From positions 12,196-76,195 of the IMG/VR virus record IMGVR_UViG_3300034816_000006: a DNA stretch of 64,000 nt. One strand, written 5' to 3'. Of this stretch, positions 19,145 through 29,969 are shown one piece after another (the first letter of the stretch is position 1; each line of letters opens with the position of its first letter). The notes beneath the pieces were generated by a model, which did no database searches, was not told the DNA's origin, and worked only from the letters and a program-made list of their open reading frames with translations. A program made the translations under genes and the position numbers. The stretch comes from a virus.

Positions 19145-22100
19145 GCCGCACGCTCCGGCACCACCGCGCGCAGGTCTTTCTCCGCGGCATGGACTTCCTC
19201 GTGCCTGATGTCGCAGTCGCGCCAGCCGTTGAGCGCTGAGAAGAACGCGTCGACGAGGTCGGCGAGCGAGGACAGGGCGCGAACGTACGGGTCGACCACG
19301 GCCGGATCGCCCGTGGCCGAGCGTGCACGCTGGATCCGATCGCGGAGTTCGGCGCCGTGCATCATCGGCGGGCTCCGAACCACTCGCGGCGAAGGGTCGC
19401 TGAGGTCTCGATGAGGCGATAGGCAGCCTCGACTGCCTCTTCCTCGTAGGTCCACGACTCGAAGTTCACCTTCGAGTGCTTCTCGGTCGCCATACCGGCA
19501 ATGTTCCAGCCGTATAACTGTATGCCAGCGATTGAGACCAGGCTGTCCTTGCTGGCAGCACACAGCAGCACCTCGATCACCTTACGCTTCTCCTCGATCT
19601 TCATCGCCTCGTCTCCATCAGCTCAAACATCGGCAGCGTCACATCTCGCCCCGTGGCCGGCTCGCTCTCGAAATCCATCGGATCAATCACATCCTTGTCG
19701 ACCGGCCCACTTCCATCCGGCCAGCCCTCGAGCGCCGGTGGCACCTGCAGCTGCTTGACCAGTTGCGCCGCGGTACAGCCGTGCAGCGCCATCGCCGCGC
19801 GGTCGAACGCCTCGATCAGTGCGTCGCGTTCGTCCAATTGTGCCATGGTCTCTCCTAGTCGTTCGATGGACTGCTTCCACGCCTTCCGTAACCCGTTGTG
19901 CTTGGCCTCGGAATCCTTGAGCGCGACGCGGGCCGTGTGAGCATCGGCCGAGCGCTCCACGTTGAGAACGCGCATGCGGGTCGCTTCGGCAACGGCGTCT
20001 CGTGCCGTGCGCTGATACTGCACGCTAGTAGCTCGCTCGCTGGCCAGCTGCTTGTTCAGGGCCTGCAGTCGGTCCGCGAGTTCATCGTTGGCGCGGTCCA
20101 GTACCTCCATCCGTCGCATGACCTGGACCAGGTGATCCGGGCTCGATATCAGGACCGCGAAGTCGCCGGCGTCATGCGCGCAGTTGACGGCGAGATCGAC
20201 GAGATAGTCGTGGTCCAACGCGTCTAGCGGGCGCAGCTGCAGCGCTGGACGAGCCGGGATGCAGGATGGCATGATGCCGGAGAGCGTTCGCTCGGGGATG
20301 TAGGGGCCGTCGACGATGGCGTCGGAGTCGTCGTCCAAGGCGGTCACGGGTCGCTCGCCTCGTAGGCAATGCAGTCGCACTCCGAGCAAGACGTCGATCC
20401 CGGGTACTCCGGGTCGTGGCCATGTTCCTCGATGGAGTGACCGCACGTACAGGCGGTTCCGACGCTCCTGGCATTCCCGGGGACGCGCATTGCAACGACG
20501 GCCTCCGCTACTACCTTGCCCAGCTTCGCAATCGTGGCTAACTGAGCGTTCATCGCGTCTGCCACGCGCTTGCGTGCCTCGAGCTTTCCGCCTCGATGCG
20601 GTGAGCGACGGCAGCCGACCGCGACGAGACAGTCATGCCTCAGTCGCCACTCGCTGTCGGGTAGCTTCCACCGGAACTTGCCGATCTGCTCGTCTGTCAG
20701 GTCGTTGACCGTGTACATCTAGTACTCCTCGACTGTCACGTTGTCCGCCCGCCCGTCGCCCATGCTTCGCCTCGCTCGCCGCATCTCCACGGCCGCGTCC
20801 TCGCGGCTCGCGAACTCCAGCGCGTCGGCGCCGCGACCAGACCAGTCCTCGCCGGTCCACCAGAGTTGCGCGGCGTGGCCGTCGTCGTGGGTGATGCGGA
20901 AGGTTGGGGCGAGGAAGTCGGCGAGTTCGTCCATGCCCGGATCGTCGCTGCACGTGCAGTCGTCGGCGCACAGATCCGGTTCTCTCGTCTTCCACGCGTC
21001 GTAGCTGGCGGCCGGGAAGTCGAGGGCGGTCACGGATTGGCTCCGGTGGCGCGCTTGGCGTTTTCAACGCGCAGTCGGTGCGGCTTCATCACGCGGCGTC
21101 TTGCTGTGTCAGGCAGGATCACCCCGCCCATCGCCTTGCAGTTGAAGTCGCGTTCGGCACCGCATGTCGGGCACTTCACCCGACGCCAGTCAACGTGCTT
21201 GCTCTTGGCCACCGCGTAGACTGCAACCAACTGCTCGCCGATCCAGCAGACCGCGTTCAGCGCTCCGATCTTCGACGGGTCGCGACCGTCACCCCATGAC
21301 GTCGAGACGTAGTTCTCGAGAGCGTCGACGATGTGACTCGGAAGCGTGACCCTGAGCGGCTGGCGCTTGCTCACGACGCACCCTCCATCGCCCGCCCGCA
21401 CGCCTCGATGCCGCGCTCGATCTGCCACTTGCTTGCAGTGGACCAGCCGGAACGGGCGTCGATTCCGAGCGCGTGCCAGCACGAATGCCAGAGCGCGAAG
21501 TCGCGGTCCGCGTAGGCGCGGGCCTGGACTGAGAGGATGGCGGAGCGGGTCACTTGCCCGCCTCCGGCGTCGAGATGAGAAGCGCGGCAGCGATCGCGTT
21601 GAGATCGCCGGCGACGGCGTGCAGCTGCGCTCGAATGAAGCCAAGGTCCTCGGGCGCGGTGAAGCCTGCCGAGTCGCAGCGCTTGATGATGCGCTGAGCG
21701 GCCTCGCGGGCGGCTGACCAGTTGAGATGGCGCGCGTCGGTCAGGACTGGTCGGATCACGGCGATACCACCTTGTCTCGCTCGATCAGGATCTTCGCGGC
21801 CTCGACGCCATCATCGCCGCCCGGCGGCCTGTACCGCTCGTCGCGGTCGTGCATCCACCAGAGCCAGCCGCGCCACTCGACATCAGTGACCTGCGTGTGC
21901 CGCGTAGCATGGGACATCGCGGCGATCTCTTCCGCGCGCGACATCTACAGCCTCACCTGCTGGCTGGCGATCAGGTCAACGCACCTCTGCGCGTACGCAC
22001 TTGCCTCCCACGGCAGCGACGGCGAGACCTGCCAGCGCTCGAAGATCCAGGGTCCGCGACCCAGGATCTTGTCGTGCTGCGTGATGTGGACCTCGGTGAG

Positions 22101-22214
22101 CGTGGACCACTCGACGGTGCCAACGCTCTCGTCGGGGAGCGTGACGATCGCGCCGAGCGGCAGCGCGGGGAGGAGTTCGGGGGTGATGGGGACGGAGGAG
22201 AGCGAGGCGTCCAT
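19141..22214 (-). CDS. First ~10 genes of the leftward early operon (19141-19365, 19362-19604, 19601-20347 coiled coil, 20344-20718, 20719-21033, 21030-21374, 21371-21553, 21550-21759, 21756-21944, 21945-22214)
   Basis: Tightly abutting or overlapping ORFs downstream of the PL-like promoter. Confidence 0.6.
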
Positions 22215-22274
22215 GTCTCCACGATAAGTGGAGAGCGGTCTGCGCGCAAGCGCTTTCCTCTACTTTTCGTGAAG
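22215..22274 (-). promoter_or_regulatory. PL-like leaderless promoter with two 17-bp operators
   Basis: TTGCGC(22249-22244)-N17-TATCGT(22226-22221)-N6-ATG(22214). Operators CTCCACgataaGTGGAG (22217-22233) and CTCTACttttcGTGAAG (22258-22274). Confidence 0.75.
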
Positions 22275-22424
22275 TAGGTGAATCAACAGGCAGATCAGGA
22301 TCTCGTATGCGAGCGGCCGCTCGACGCGGAGCTGCTCAAGCAACGAGAGAATCTTGCTGTCCTTCGAGGGGGCGCCACGACGTCTCGCCCGAGCACCACC
22401 AGTTGCTCGCATCCCTCCTCAGTA

Positions 22425-22856
22425 TCACAGGTCGGACCGAGACTTCGTCGATCGCGAGAGTATTTCTATCACAGCATCCTTCAGGGTGTCCGGAGCCTCC
22501 AACAATAACTCACGTATCCGAGCATCGCGAGGTTCGGGTAAGGGTGGGGTCCCAACCAGCGGCGGAGGAAGGTCGAGCAATGCGCAGATATGGGGCACCT
22601 CGGCGGAACCTGTCTGCATCATCGATCCGTCGGGGCGAACTGCGAACAACTTGTACCCGGCGCTCGATGATAACCCGATCTCGTCGGCGAGCCACTGGAT
22701 CCCCTTCCCCTTGCGGCGGAGGGCAAGCAAGACGAGCTCCTTCCATTCGGGCGTCATTTCCTTGACGGGCCCCTTGCCCTTGGCTCTACGACGACGCTTC
22801 GCTGACACGGAAGTCCTCGTTACCACAGCTCTCGGCGCACTTTTCGTGGAACGCAT
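22425..22856 (-). CDS. Immunity repressor (CI-like HTH); start uncertain
   Basis: KGIQWLADEIGLSSSAGYKLF HTH; divergent from a Cro-like gene and flanked by operators. Confidence 0.65.
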   Translation of the reverse strand: MRSTKSAPRAVVTRTSVSAKRRRRAKGKGPVKEMTPEWKELVLLALRRKGKGIQWLADEIGLSSSAGYKLFAVRPDGSMMQTGSAEVPHICALLDLPPPLVGTPPLPEPRDARIRELLLEAPDTLKDAVIEILSRSTKSRSDL

Positions 22857-22890
22857 TGACTTGTCGGTCCACGATTAGTAGAGTGGTTGC
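22835..22890 (+). promoter_or_regulatory. PR-like leaderless promoter with two 17-bp operators
   Basis: TTGACT(22856-22861)-N17-TAGAGT(22879-22884)-N6-ATG(22891). Operators GCGCACttttcGTGGAA (22835-22851) and GTCCACgattaGTAGAG (22867-22883). Confidence 0.75.
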
Positions 22891-23154
22891 ATGCCAGCAC
22901 ACAGGGCGACGAAGCGCCGTCGCAAGAAGTTGACAGAGCGCCGCGACGCCGAGCGGAGGGCCCTCGGACTCCGACTCCGGAGCGCGCGAATCGCCGCCGG
23001 TCTCACCGCAGAGACGATCGCCAAGAAAATGGACGTTGCGCTCAGCACATACTACTCGTGGGAGGCAGGAGAGCGCAGTCCTCGCGGACTGGCCGAACTC
23101 GCCACCGTGGTCCGATGTTCCGTCGGCGCCCTGTACGGCGAGCGTGCCGCGTGA
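22891..23154 (+). CDS. Cro-like XRE HTH regulator
   Basis: LRSARIAAGLTAETIAKKMDVALSTYYSWEAGERSP. Confidence 0.85.
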   Translation: MPAHRATKRRRKKLTERRDAERRALGLRLRSARIAAGLTAETIAKKMDVALSTYYSWEAGERSPRGLAELATVVRCSVGALYGERAA

Positions 23155-23774
23155 CGCCGCTCGAGATCCTTTCGCGGACCTTCCGTGAACTGCCCCTGCC
23201 GGTCCGGCAGCCGCAAACGTGCGACCACTGCAATCCGCCCCGCTCCGGTGTGTATCTGCTCGCCGACTCCGGCATGATCGTCTACGTCGGATCGAGCACC
23301 GACATCGTCGGCAGGATTCGCTGGCACCGCAGCAGCTCCGACAAGCGATTCAATCTGGCGATGTGGATGGCCCTGCCCGCGAGGGTCCTCGAACACTACG
23401 AGGGTGCGCTCATCCGCGCCCTGTCCCCGGTGCACAACCGCAAGGCCCCCAGACACGTCGGCTATGACAACGAGATCCTGTCCGGCCTTGGACTCGCGGC
23501 CCACGACGACGAGTACGCCAATGTGGCGACGTGGGCGCCGACGTGCGCGGCGAGAATCCCCAGCAAGCTCGGACTGCAAATCAAGGAGGCGAGACTGGGT
23601 GTCGGTATTACCCAGGATCAACTTGGCGCTGTCGTTGGGTGCTCCGGTGCAGCCGTAGCGCAGTGGGAATCCGGCGTCAGCACACCGACCTCCGATCGTC
23701 TCATCCAGATCGCGACAGTCCTCGGCGTCAACGTCGGCATTGTTGCGACTGCAACCGGGGCGGACCAGCCATGA
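23151..23774 (+). CDS. GIY-YIG nuclease fused to C-terminal XRE HTH
   Basis: SGVYLL...VYVGSS..I..RI..H...E..LI...P.HN followed by IKEARLGVGITQDQLG...VAQWESG. Confidence 0.75.
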   Translation: MTPLEILSRTFRELPLPVRQPQTCDHCNPPRSGVYLLADSGMIVYVGSSTDIVGRIRWHRSSSDKRFNLAMWMALPARVLEHYEGALIRALSPVHNRKAPRHVGYDNEILSGLGLAAHDDEYANVATWAPTCAARIPSKLGLQIKEARLGVGITQDQLGAVVGCSGAAVAQWESGVSTPTSDRLIQIATVLGVNVGIVATATGADQP

Positions 23775-24493
23775 CTCCGAATTCATCTGACGTCACTGAT
23801 ACGCACTCACAGAGTGATGCACAACCCAAACACTTGTCCAGCGGGCCAAAGCGCAACAGAGATTTTCCTATCCGCCAAGTTGGTATGTCGAATGCCGACT
23901 ACCTGCGCGCGCTCCGACAAATCGCAGTTGCGGAGGGCAAGTGCTACCAGTGCCGATTCCGCCCACAGAAGCCAGGGCGCCGCTCCTGTCAATCGTGCAT
24001 CGATCGCAGCAAGGAGTTCGAGCGCTCGATCCGCTACAAGCGCTGCACTCACTGCTGCTGCAATCTGCCTCGCGGTTGGGAGATCCAGCTGTGCCCGGGC
24101 TGCCGCGACGACTCGAACGCCAAAGGGCGAGCGAAGACACAGGCACGGCTCGCGGCCAACCGGTGCAGCACGTGCGGCGCTCCCAAGCCGAAGAAGCGAC
24201 GCCAGTGCCTGACCTGCGCTGAGCACCATCGCGTTCGTCAACTCGAGTGGCAGCGCCTCCATGGCCGCGGCGTCAAGCTCGGTTCCTGTTCGACTTGCAC
24301 GGCGCTCGGACTCGTCGGCATCAACCACGACCGACGCACTCACGACCGCTACATGGCCCGCGCCCAGGCCTGGGCTCCCACTCTTCCAGCGACCACGTCT
24401 AACGGTACAGGCCTACACCCTGGGCTGCGCACTCCTCATCCTCCGGCGCGCCGGGACGTGGTCGCTGGTCTTTCGCGAGGTAACCGTGGCTAA
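23771..24493 (+). CDS. Multi zinc-finger (CxxC...CxxC repeat) protein
   Basis: Three repeats such as EGKCYQC...SCQSC and NRCSTC...QCLTC. Confidence 0.65.
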   Translation: MTPNSSDVTDTHSQSDAQPKHLSSGPKRNRDFPIRQVGMSNADYLRALRQIAVAEGKCYQCRFRPQKPGRRSCQSCIDRSKEFERSIRYKRCTHCCCNLPRGWEIQLCPGCRDDSNAKGRAKTQARLAANRCSTCGAPKPKKRRQCLTCAEHHRVRQLEWQRLHGRGVKLGSCSTCTALGLVGINHDRRTHDRYMARAQAWAPTLPATTSNGTGLHPGLRTPHPPARRDVVAGLSRGNRG

Positions 24494-25538
24494 GAAGCAG
24501 ACCAGACGCACTGTCTCACTCGGCGTCGGCTACTACACGCGCCTCGTCGACTACGCGCGCGCGAACAACGCCTCGGCCGCACAGGTCACCGAGTACGCGC
24601 TCGATGCTCGGTTCGCGACGCCGCTCGACCAGGACGCGTTCCGCCTGTGGCGCGCCGATCGCGCGCGGCAGGCCGCGTTGCAGGGCATCGACACCGCGTC
24701 GGCCATGGCCGAGCCCTCTGTGCCCGCGCCGTACCTTGGCGTCCTCGGCGAGCGCGTCAGGCGCCGCGAAGATCGCCTCAAGCGGAAGCAGGAGCGGCAG
24801 GCGGAACTCGAGGCTGCTCGCGCCGAACGTCTCGTCCGCAAGGAACGCCGACTAAAACGCGCGCAGACCAGACTCGAGACCGGACGCACGCGACTCTGCA
24901 ACCACTGCGACGGCCCGCACATGACCAGGTTCTGTCCGGACAAACCGTACGTTCCGCTCGAGACCGGGTCGCGCGGCGAGCGGGCCGCGAAGGCAGCGCA
25001 CGATGAGGGCTCGACGTTCCTAGAGGCCGCCGAGCGGTTCGGTGTGACACGACAGTGCGTACAGCAAACCTTCGCCAGGCTCTATCCTGGCGTCAAGCGC
25101 CCCCGCGGCGGCCAGCCAGACACGATCGCGAATGGCGTGGTCGTCGAGATGGCGCGCGCTGGCAAGACCGCCACCGAGATTCGCGAAGAGACCGGACTCA
25201 ACTCCGGGCATATCTACAGCCTGTGTCTGGGCGCCGGTGTTCAGATCGGCACCGCAAGCGCCAGGCGCGCCGCCATGGATGCCGCGGTTGCTGCCGTGAT
25301 GGCCGGGTCGACGCTCGGCGAGGCAGCCGCCGACCACGGCGTCTCATGGGGCCATCTCGGCGCTGTGTGTCGCCAGCGCGGAGTGGCCACTCAGTCGAAG
25401 GCTGGACCGCGCGACGGGCGCAGTGCCAGGGGCGCCGAACTCGTCGAGCAAGAGCGCATCTCGATCGGCGAAGCCGCTCGCAGGATGCGGTGCTCACCCA
25501 TGGCAGTCCGCACCGCTCTCGCCCGGAGGTCCGCATGA
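24486..25538 (+). CDS. Multi-HTH DNA-binding protein (candidate transcription regulator)
   Basis: Four tandem HTH-like units: TFLEAAERFGVTRQCV, TATEIREETGLNSGHIY, TLGEAAADHGVSWGHL, SIGEAARRMRCSPMAV. Confidence 0.7.
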   Translation: MAKKQTRRTVSLGVGYYTRLVDYARANNASAAQVTEYALDARFATPLDQDAFRLWRADRARQAALQGIDTASAMAEPSVPAPYLGVLGERVRRREDRLKRKQERQAELEAARAERLVRKERRLKRAQTRLETGRTRLCNHCDGPHMTRFCPDKPYVPLETGSRGERAAKAAHDEGSTFLEAAERFGVTRQCVQQTFARLYPGVKRPRGGQPDTIANGVVVEMARAGKTATEIREETGLNSGHIYSLCLGAGVQIGTASARRAAMDAAVAAVMAGSTLGEAAADHGVSWGHLGAVCRQRGVATQSKAGPRDGRSARGAELVEQERISIGEAARRMRCSPMAVRTALARRSA

Positions 25539-26497
25539 CCAACCCAACCCCAGCCGGCCTACGCGCCATCACGCCTGCGCCGATGACCCCCGACGAGATC
25601 GCCGACCTCATCCAGCGCTCGAGCTACACGCGCCGGCGCTGGGGCCGCGAGCCTGGCGCTACGACACGAGCGGCGATGCGCGTGATCCATGAGGGCATGA
25701 CGCCGAAGGAGGCCGCGTTCGCCGAAGGCATGCCGACGAACAGCACCAGCGGCATCCGCTCGAAGGTGAGCGTGCTCAGGAAGCGGGGTCGCTAGTGAGG
25801 ATTCGCGTCCACCTCGTCACCGACCGCCTGGTCACCGTCCATGTTGCCCGCTCCTGGTTCGAGCGCCACGTCACCCTGCTCGACGACGAGGACTACGAGG
25901 CCACCCGCTACACCGCGGTCGGCGGCAAGCATCAGTGGTGCCGCTGGACCAACCGTGACGTCGAGCCTGACGTGCACGACGCGATCGAGGCAGAACTGAC
26001 GCGCGCATGCGTCGGCAACAGACTGGCCGCGTTGATGCGGATAGGAGAAGAAGCGTGAGCAGGATTATCCACTCTGGCCGCTGCGCCTTCATCGCCTACT
26101 ACATCGGCGGTTCGATCAGCGGCAAGTTTCTCTATTCGTCCGACGGCAAGAGCATCGGCGAGGACCGCGATCAGGCGTTCAACTTCATGTGGTACCCGGA
26201 GGATCTCGACGAGGAGATCGCGAAGCTCAAGGACCGCGTCAAGTGGGACGTCCGCGCTGCGAGGGCCCGATGAGGCGTCGCAAGCACACGGACCGGCGCA
26301 GGCCGGACCACATCGAGCAGCTCTGCGCGCTGGTCAAGGAAGCAGCCGGCACGATGCGGCTGTACGGTAAGCCGGTCGACGCGGCTCAGTTGCGAGAGCA
26401 CTGCGAGCGGTCGGCGACGGAGCGGGTGATTGCGGCGGTGGACCGCGCGACCGAGGAGCGGCAGTGGCGTGCGGTGTGGTCCACGGAGGCGACATGA
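25535..26497 (+). CDS. Four small hypothetical genes (25535-25795 HTH-like, 25795-26058, 26055-26273, 26270-26497)
   Basis: Coupled plus-strand ORFs. Confidence 0.55.
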
Positions 26498-27060
26498 CCG
26501 CCTATAGCTGCATCGTAGCCGACCCGCCATGGGCGCCGCGCGACAAGCTGCCCGGCAAGACTCGCGGCGCGGCCAAGCAGTACGACGTGATGCGGACCAG
26601 CGACATCATGTGCTTTCTCGTCGACCGCAAGATCAGCGTCGCCGACAACGCGATCTTGTTCCTCTGGCGCCTTGCCTCCATGCAGCAAGACGCGCTCGAC
26701 GTCGTCAATGCGTGGGGGTTCGAGGTCAAGAGCGAGGTCGTGTGGCGCAAGCTGACCAAGCATGGCCGGCCGCACTTCGGCATGGGCCGCTATGTCCGCA
26801 ACGGGCACGAGGTCTGCCTGATCGCAGCCCGCGGCCGCGCGACCTCGCTGATCACGAGCCACTCGGTGCGGTCGGTGTTCGATGCCGTGGCGCCGAGCAA
26901 CTCCAAGGGGCGGGCGATCCATAGCCAGAAGCCAGAGGAGTTCTGGACCGAGATCGTCGAGCCGCTGACCACCGGATACGGGATCGAACTGTTCGCACGG
27001 CGTCGCCGGTTTGGCTGGGATGCCATCGGCGACCAACTGCCAGCGCTCGAGGCCGCATGA
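26494..27060 (+). CDS. MT-A70 family N6-adenine methyltransferase
   Basis: IVADPPW, AILFLW, WGF, HSQKP and IELFAR motifs. Confidence 0.9.
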   Translation: MTAYSCIVADPPWAPRDKLPGKTRGAAKQYDVMRTSDIMCFLVDRKISVADNAILFLWRLASMQQDALDVVNAWGFEVKSEVVWRKLTKHGRPHFGMGRYVRNGHEVCLIAARGRATSLITSHSVRSVFDAVAPSNSKGRAIHSQKPEEFWTEIVEPLTTGYGIELFARRRRFGWDAIGDQLPALEAA

Positions 27061-27307
27061 GTACCCTCGATCGCACACACGCCAGCATCCTGCTCAACCC
27101 GGACACCGCGTCGCTCAAGCGCATCGCGTGGGCATTCGGCTGCGCCAAGAAGGGCAGCGACGAGGAGCGACAACTCGAGGCATTGCTGCGCGAGAAGCTG
27201 GCCAAGGAGGCCGCATGACCCACACATCAATCGTCGTCATCACGATCGTCCTGGCGATTTCCGCACTGCTGCTGTTCGGCCCGACTCCACCCCCGAAAGG
27301 ACTGACC

Positions 27308-28396
27308 TTGGACATCCGAATCCCACGCGCCGACCTGGCCCGCGGCCTGCGCCTCGCCTCGTCGGTGGCCGCGAAGAAACCGACGCTGCCAATCCTGGCC
27401 GACGTGCTGCTGCGCGCGAGCAAGGAACTCAGCATTGCAGCGACCGACCTTGCCGTCTCGTTGACCGCCGAGATGGCATGCGTCGTCACCAAACCAGGAT
27501 CGATCGCGCTCAACGCCGACGATCTGCGCCGGTTCGTGGCGTCAGCGAGCGGCGACGAGGTCACGATCAAGGCGGATGGCGCGTGGGCCGACGTCCGCTG
27601 CGGCAAGGCGAAGTACCGGATCGCCGGGCACCAGGCACAGGACTTCCCGAAGATCCCGGAACCGGCGAAGGGCTGCGAGTGGGTCGAGACCGACGCGGAC
27701 GAGCTCTGCGATTTGCTCTCGCGTGCCAGCTACGCGGTATCGCAAGACGAGTCACGGCAGGCGCTGTGCGGCGTGATGCTGGACTACGACGGCGAGACGC
27801 TCACCGTGCTGAGCGCTGACAGCCCGCGCGCGGTCCTGATCTCGCGGAAAATCCCGTTCCCGGCGCTGCCGCGGCGCATCTCGCTATGCGTCCGTGGCGC
27901 GACCGAGATCTCCAGGCTTCTCGAGGACGCGGGCAAGTGCCGCGTCGCGGTCGACGGCAAGCGCATGCACACAACCGTCGATGGTGAGACGATCAGCGCC
28001 GGGCTGCTCGACTTCGAGTGCCCAGCATGGGAGCGGCACTTGCCGAAGACAGGACTCGCGAGCGCGACCATGGACCGCGATCGCCTGCTCGAAGCGTTGA
28101 AGCGCGTTGCCTCGTTGGCCAGCGATTATCACGGCGTCGGCATGCGTTCGACGCCGACCGGGCTGTCGCTCACCGTCAAGGACAAGGACGGCGAAGAGAT
28201 GAGCGACGAGATCGAGTGCGAGATCAAGGGCGAGATCCTGATCGGTGCGCACCCGAAGCACCTGATCGACACGCTGACTCGGATGGTCGGCGAGCCGATC
28301 ACGATGCGCACGATCGGCGCGACTGACCCGATCGTTTTCGTAGACCACGGCGACGCTGGATACACCGGCGTCGTCATGCCGATGAGGATGGACTGA
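27308..28396 (+). CDS. dnaN: DNA polymerase III beta sliding clamp (TTG start; in-frame upstream ATG at 27215 adds a TM helix)
   Basis: KPTLPILADVLL, AATDL, DFPKIP, YAVSQDESRQALCGV and VVMPMR motifs. Confidence 0.9.
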   Translation: MDIRIPRADLARGLRLASSVAAKKPTLPILADVLLRASKELSIAATDLAVSLTAEMACVVTKPGSIALNADDLRRFVASASGDEVTIKADGAWADVRCGKAKYRIAGHQAQDFPKIPEPAKGCEWVETDADELCDLLSRASYAVSQDESRQALCGVMLDYDGETLTVLSADSPRAVLISRKIPFPALPRRISLCVRGATEISRLLEDAGKCRVAVDGKRMHTTVDGETISAGLLDFECPAWERHLPKTGLASATMDRDRLLEALKRVASLASDYHGVGMRSTPTGLSLTVKDKDGEEMSDEIECEIKGEILIGAHPKHLIDTLTRMVGEPITMRTIGATDPIVFVDHGDAGYTGVVMPMRMD

Positions 28397-28397
28397 G

Positions 28398-29115
28398 ATG
28401 GCGAAAGCGACCAAGGCCAAGGAAGCGATCAACGACCTCGAGACCGAACTCGAGGAGGCGCACGACAAGATCTCTAGACTGGAAGATCAGGTCGAAGGAC
28501 TCGAGACCGAACTCATGGAGAGGTCCGACGAGGCTAGCTCCGACGTAGACGCTATGCGCCACCAACTCGACTCGCTCGCCGTCGCCATCGAGAGCGGCCG
28601 GCCGTCGATCCCGCAGACACCGGCGCAGTGGATGCGTTGCCTGCAGGAGATCGGCCGCGGCGGTGAATGGGAGCACGGGACATGGCGCTAGTCACCTACG
28701 CCTTTGCCGCCGTGGCGGTGCTCGCCGCTGCGCACTGGGCGGGCTGGCCGCTCGTAGCGCTGTGCCTGCTCGGTGCGTGCGTGGATGCGGTGGTTGATGT
28801 GGCGCGGTCGGGCCTACGGTACATGCCATGATCACCTCCGCCGTCTTCGCCCGGCCGTCCGGCTACTCGCACTGGTGCCAGCTCAAGACGATCGGCGCGG
28901 AGCGGCACACGTTCTGCTGCGGCGCGACGATGGACGCGACGTGGGAACTGCGCCTGTCGCCAATCGAGCCGGACGCGGCGGTGTTCTGCAGCGCGTGCCG
29001 ACGCAATCTGGAGACGAGGCGACAGCGCGCGGTGACCGTGGATATGCGGCCGGCGGTGCGGGATGCGAGGGTGAGGGCAGATGTGGAAGTTGACGAGATT
29101 TTGGAGGAGATATGA
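28398..29115 (+). CDS. Hypothetical genes (28398-28691 coiled coil; 28828-29115 Cys/His-containing)
   Basis: Plus-strand ORFs within the replication operon. Confidence 0.55.
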
Positions 29116-29969
29116 ACAGGACGCTACGCATAGCCAATTACGGGATGGGCACAAATAGCAGCGCCATGCTTATCGAGGCCACCAGGCGGGAGATCATCCT
29201 CGATCTCATCGTCGAGTCGGATACTGGCGATGAGTTCAAGAGATCCTATGACTATTCCAGAATGCTCGAGGAATGGCTGGTTGCTCGCGGTCAGCCGAAT
29301 TTTACTCGCACGCGATGGGAGCGCGAAAAACCAGTTCCTGGACTCGAACAATACGGCACCTTCGTTCCGATCAGCGTTCTCGCCCTCCACCGCAAGGAAC
29401 TTCCCAGTAAGGCGTATGGGCTTAGCGGGTGCACGTCGAAGTGGAAACAACAGCCCATCGACAAAGAGATCCGGCGCAACCCCAGTGTCCTAGCGGCCTG
29501 GACTCGTGGTGACATCGTAGAGCGCTGGGTGGGATACGACGCCGGAGAGCCGGAGCGCTCCGATCGCATGCTTGCGAAGAATCCTCAGCCACCACCCCAC
29601 AAAGGGATTCAGTTTCGTTGGCACTGGAGGACGCCGCTCGTCGAGTGGGGCATGGACCGAGACGCTTGCATCAAGACGATCATGGCAGCCGGACTCGCCT
29701 TGCCCGGAAAGTCCGCGTGCTTCGACTGTCCCTCCACAACGAAGGCCGAACTCGATCGTATGGCAGAGGAGGAGCCAGACTGGCGCACGGGGAACGGTTA
29801 CCTCGCTCGCGCGATTCAGATCGAGGACGCCGCCCGCGGGTCCGGCAATCTGAGCATGGTTAAGGGTCTCGGACGGCGATTCGCGTGGCGCGACTACCTG
29901 GAGGGCAAGGAGACCTATGGCGACGCGCCGGACATGGAGTGTGGCTGCTTCGACGGGGAAGCCGCATGA
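29112..29969 (+). CDS. PAPS-reductase-like (PP-loop) protein
   Basis: NYGMGTNSSAML, SDTGDE, CTSKWK, KSACFDCP and ECGC motifs. Confidence 0.8.
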   Translation: MNRTLRIANYGMGTNSSAMLIEATRREIILDLIVESDTGDEFKRSYDYSRMLEEWLVARGQPNFTRTRWEREKPVPGLEQYGTFVPISVLALHRKELPSKAYGLSGCTSKWKQQPIDKEIRRNPSVLAAWTRGDIVERWVGYDAGEPERSDRMLAKNPQPPPHKGIQFRWHWRTPLVEWGMDRDACIKTIMAAGLALPGKSACFDCPSTTKAELDRMAEEEPDWRTGNGYLARAIQIEDAARGSGNLSMVKGLGRRFAWRDYLEGKETYGDAPDMECGCFDGEAA

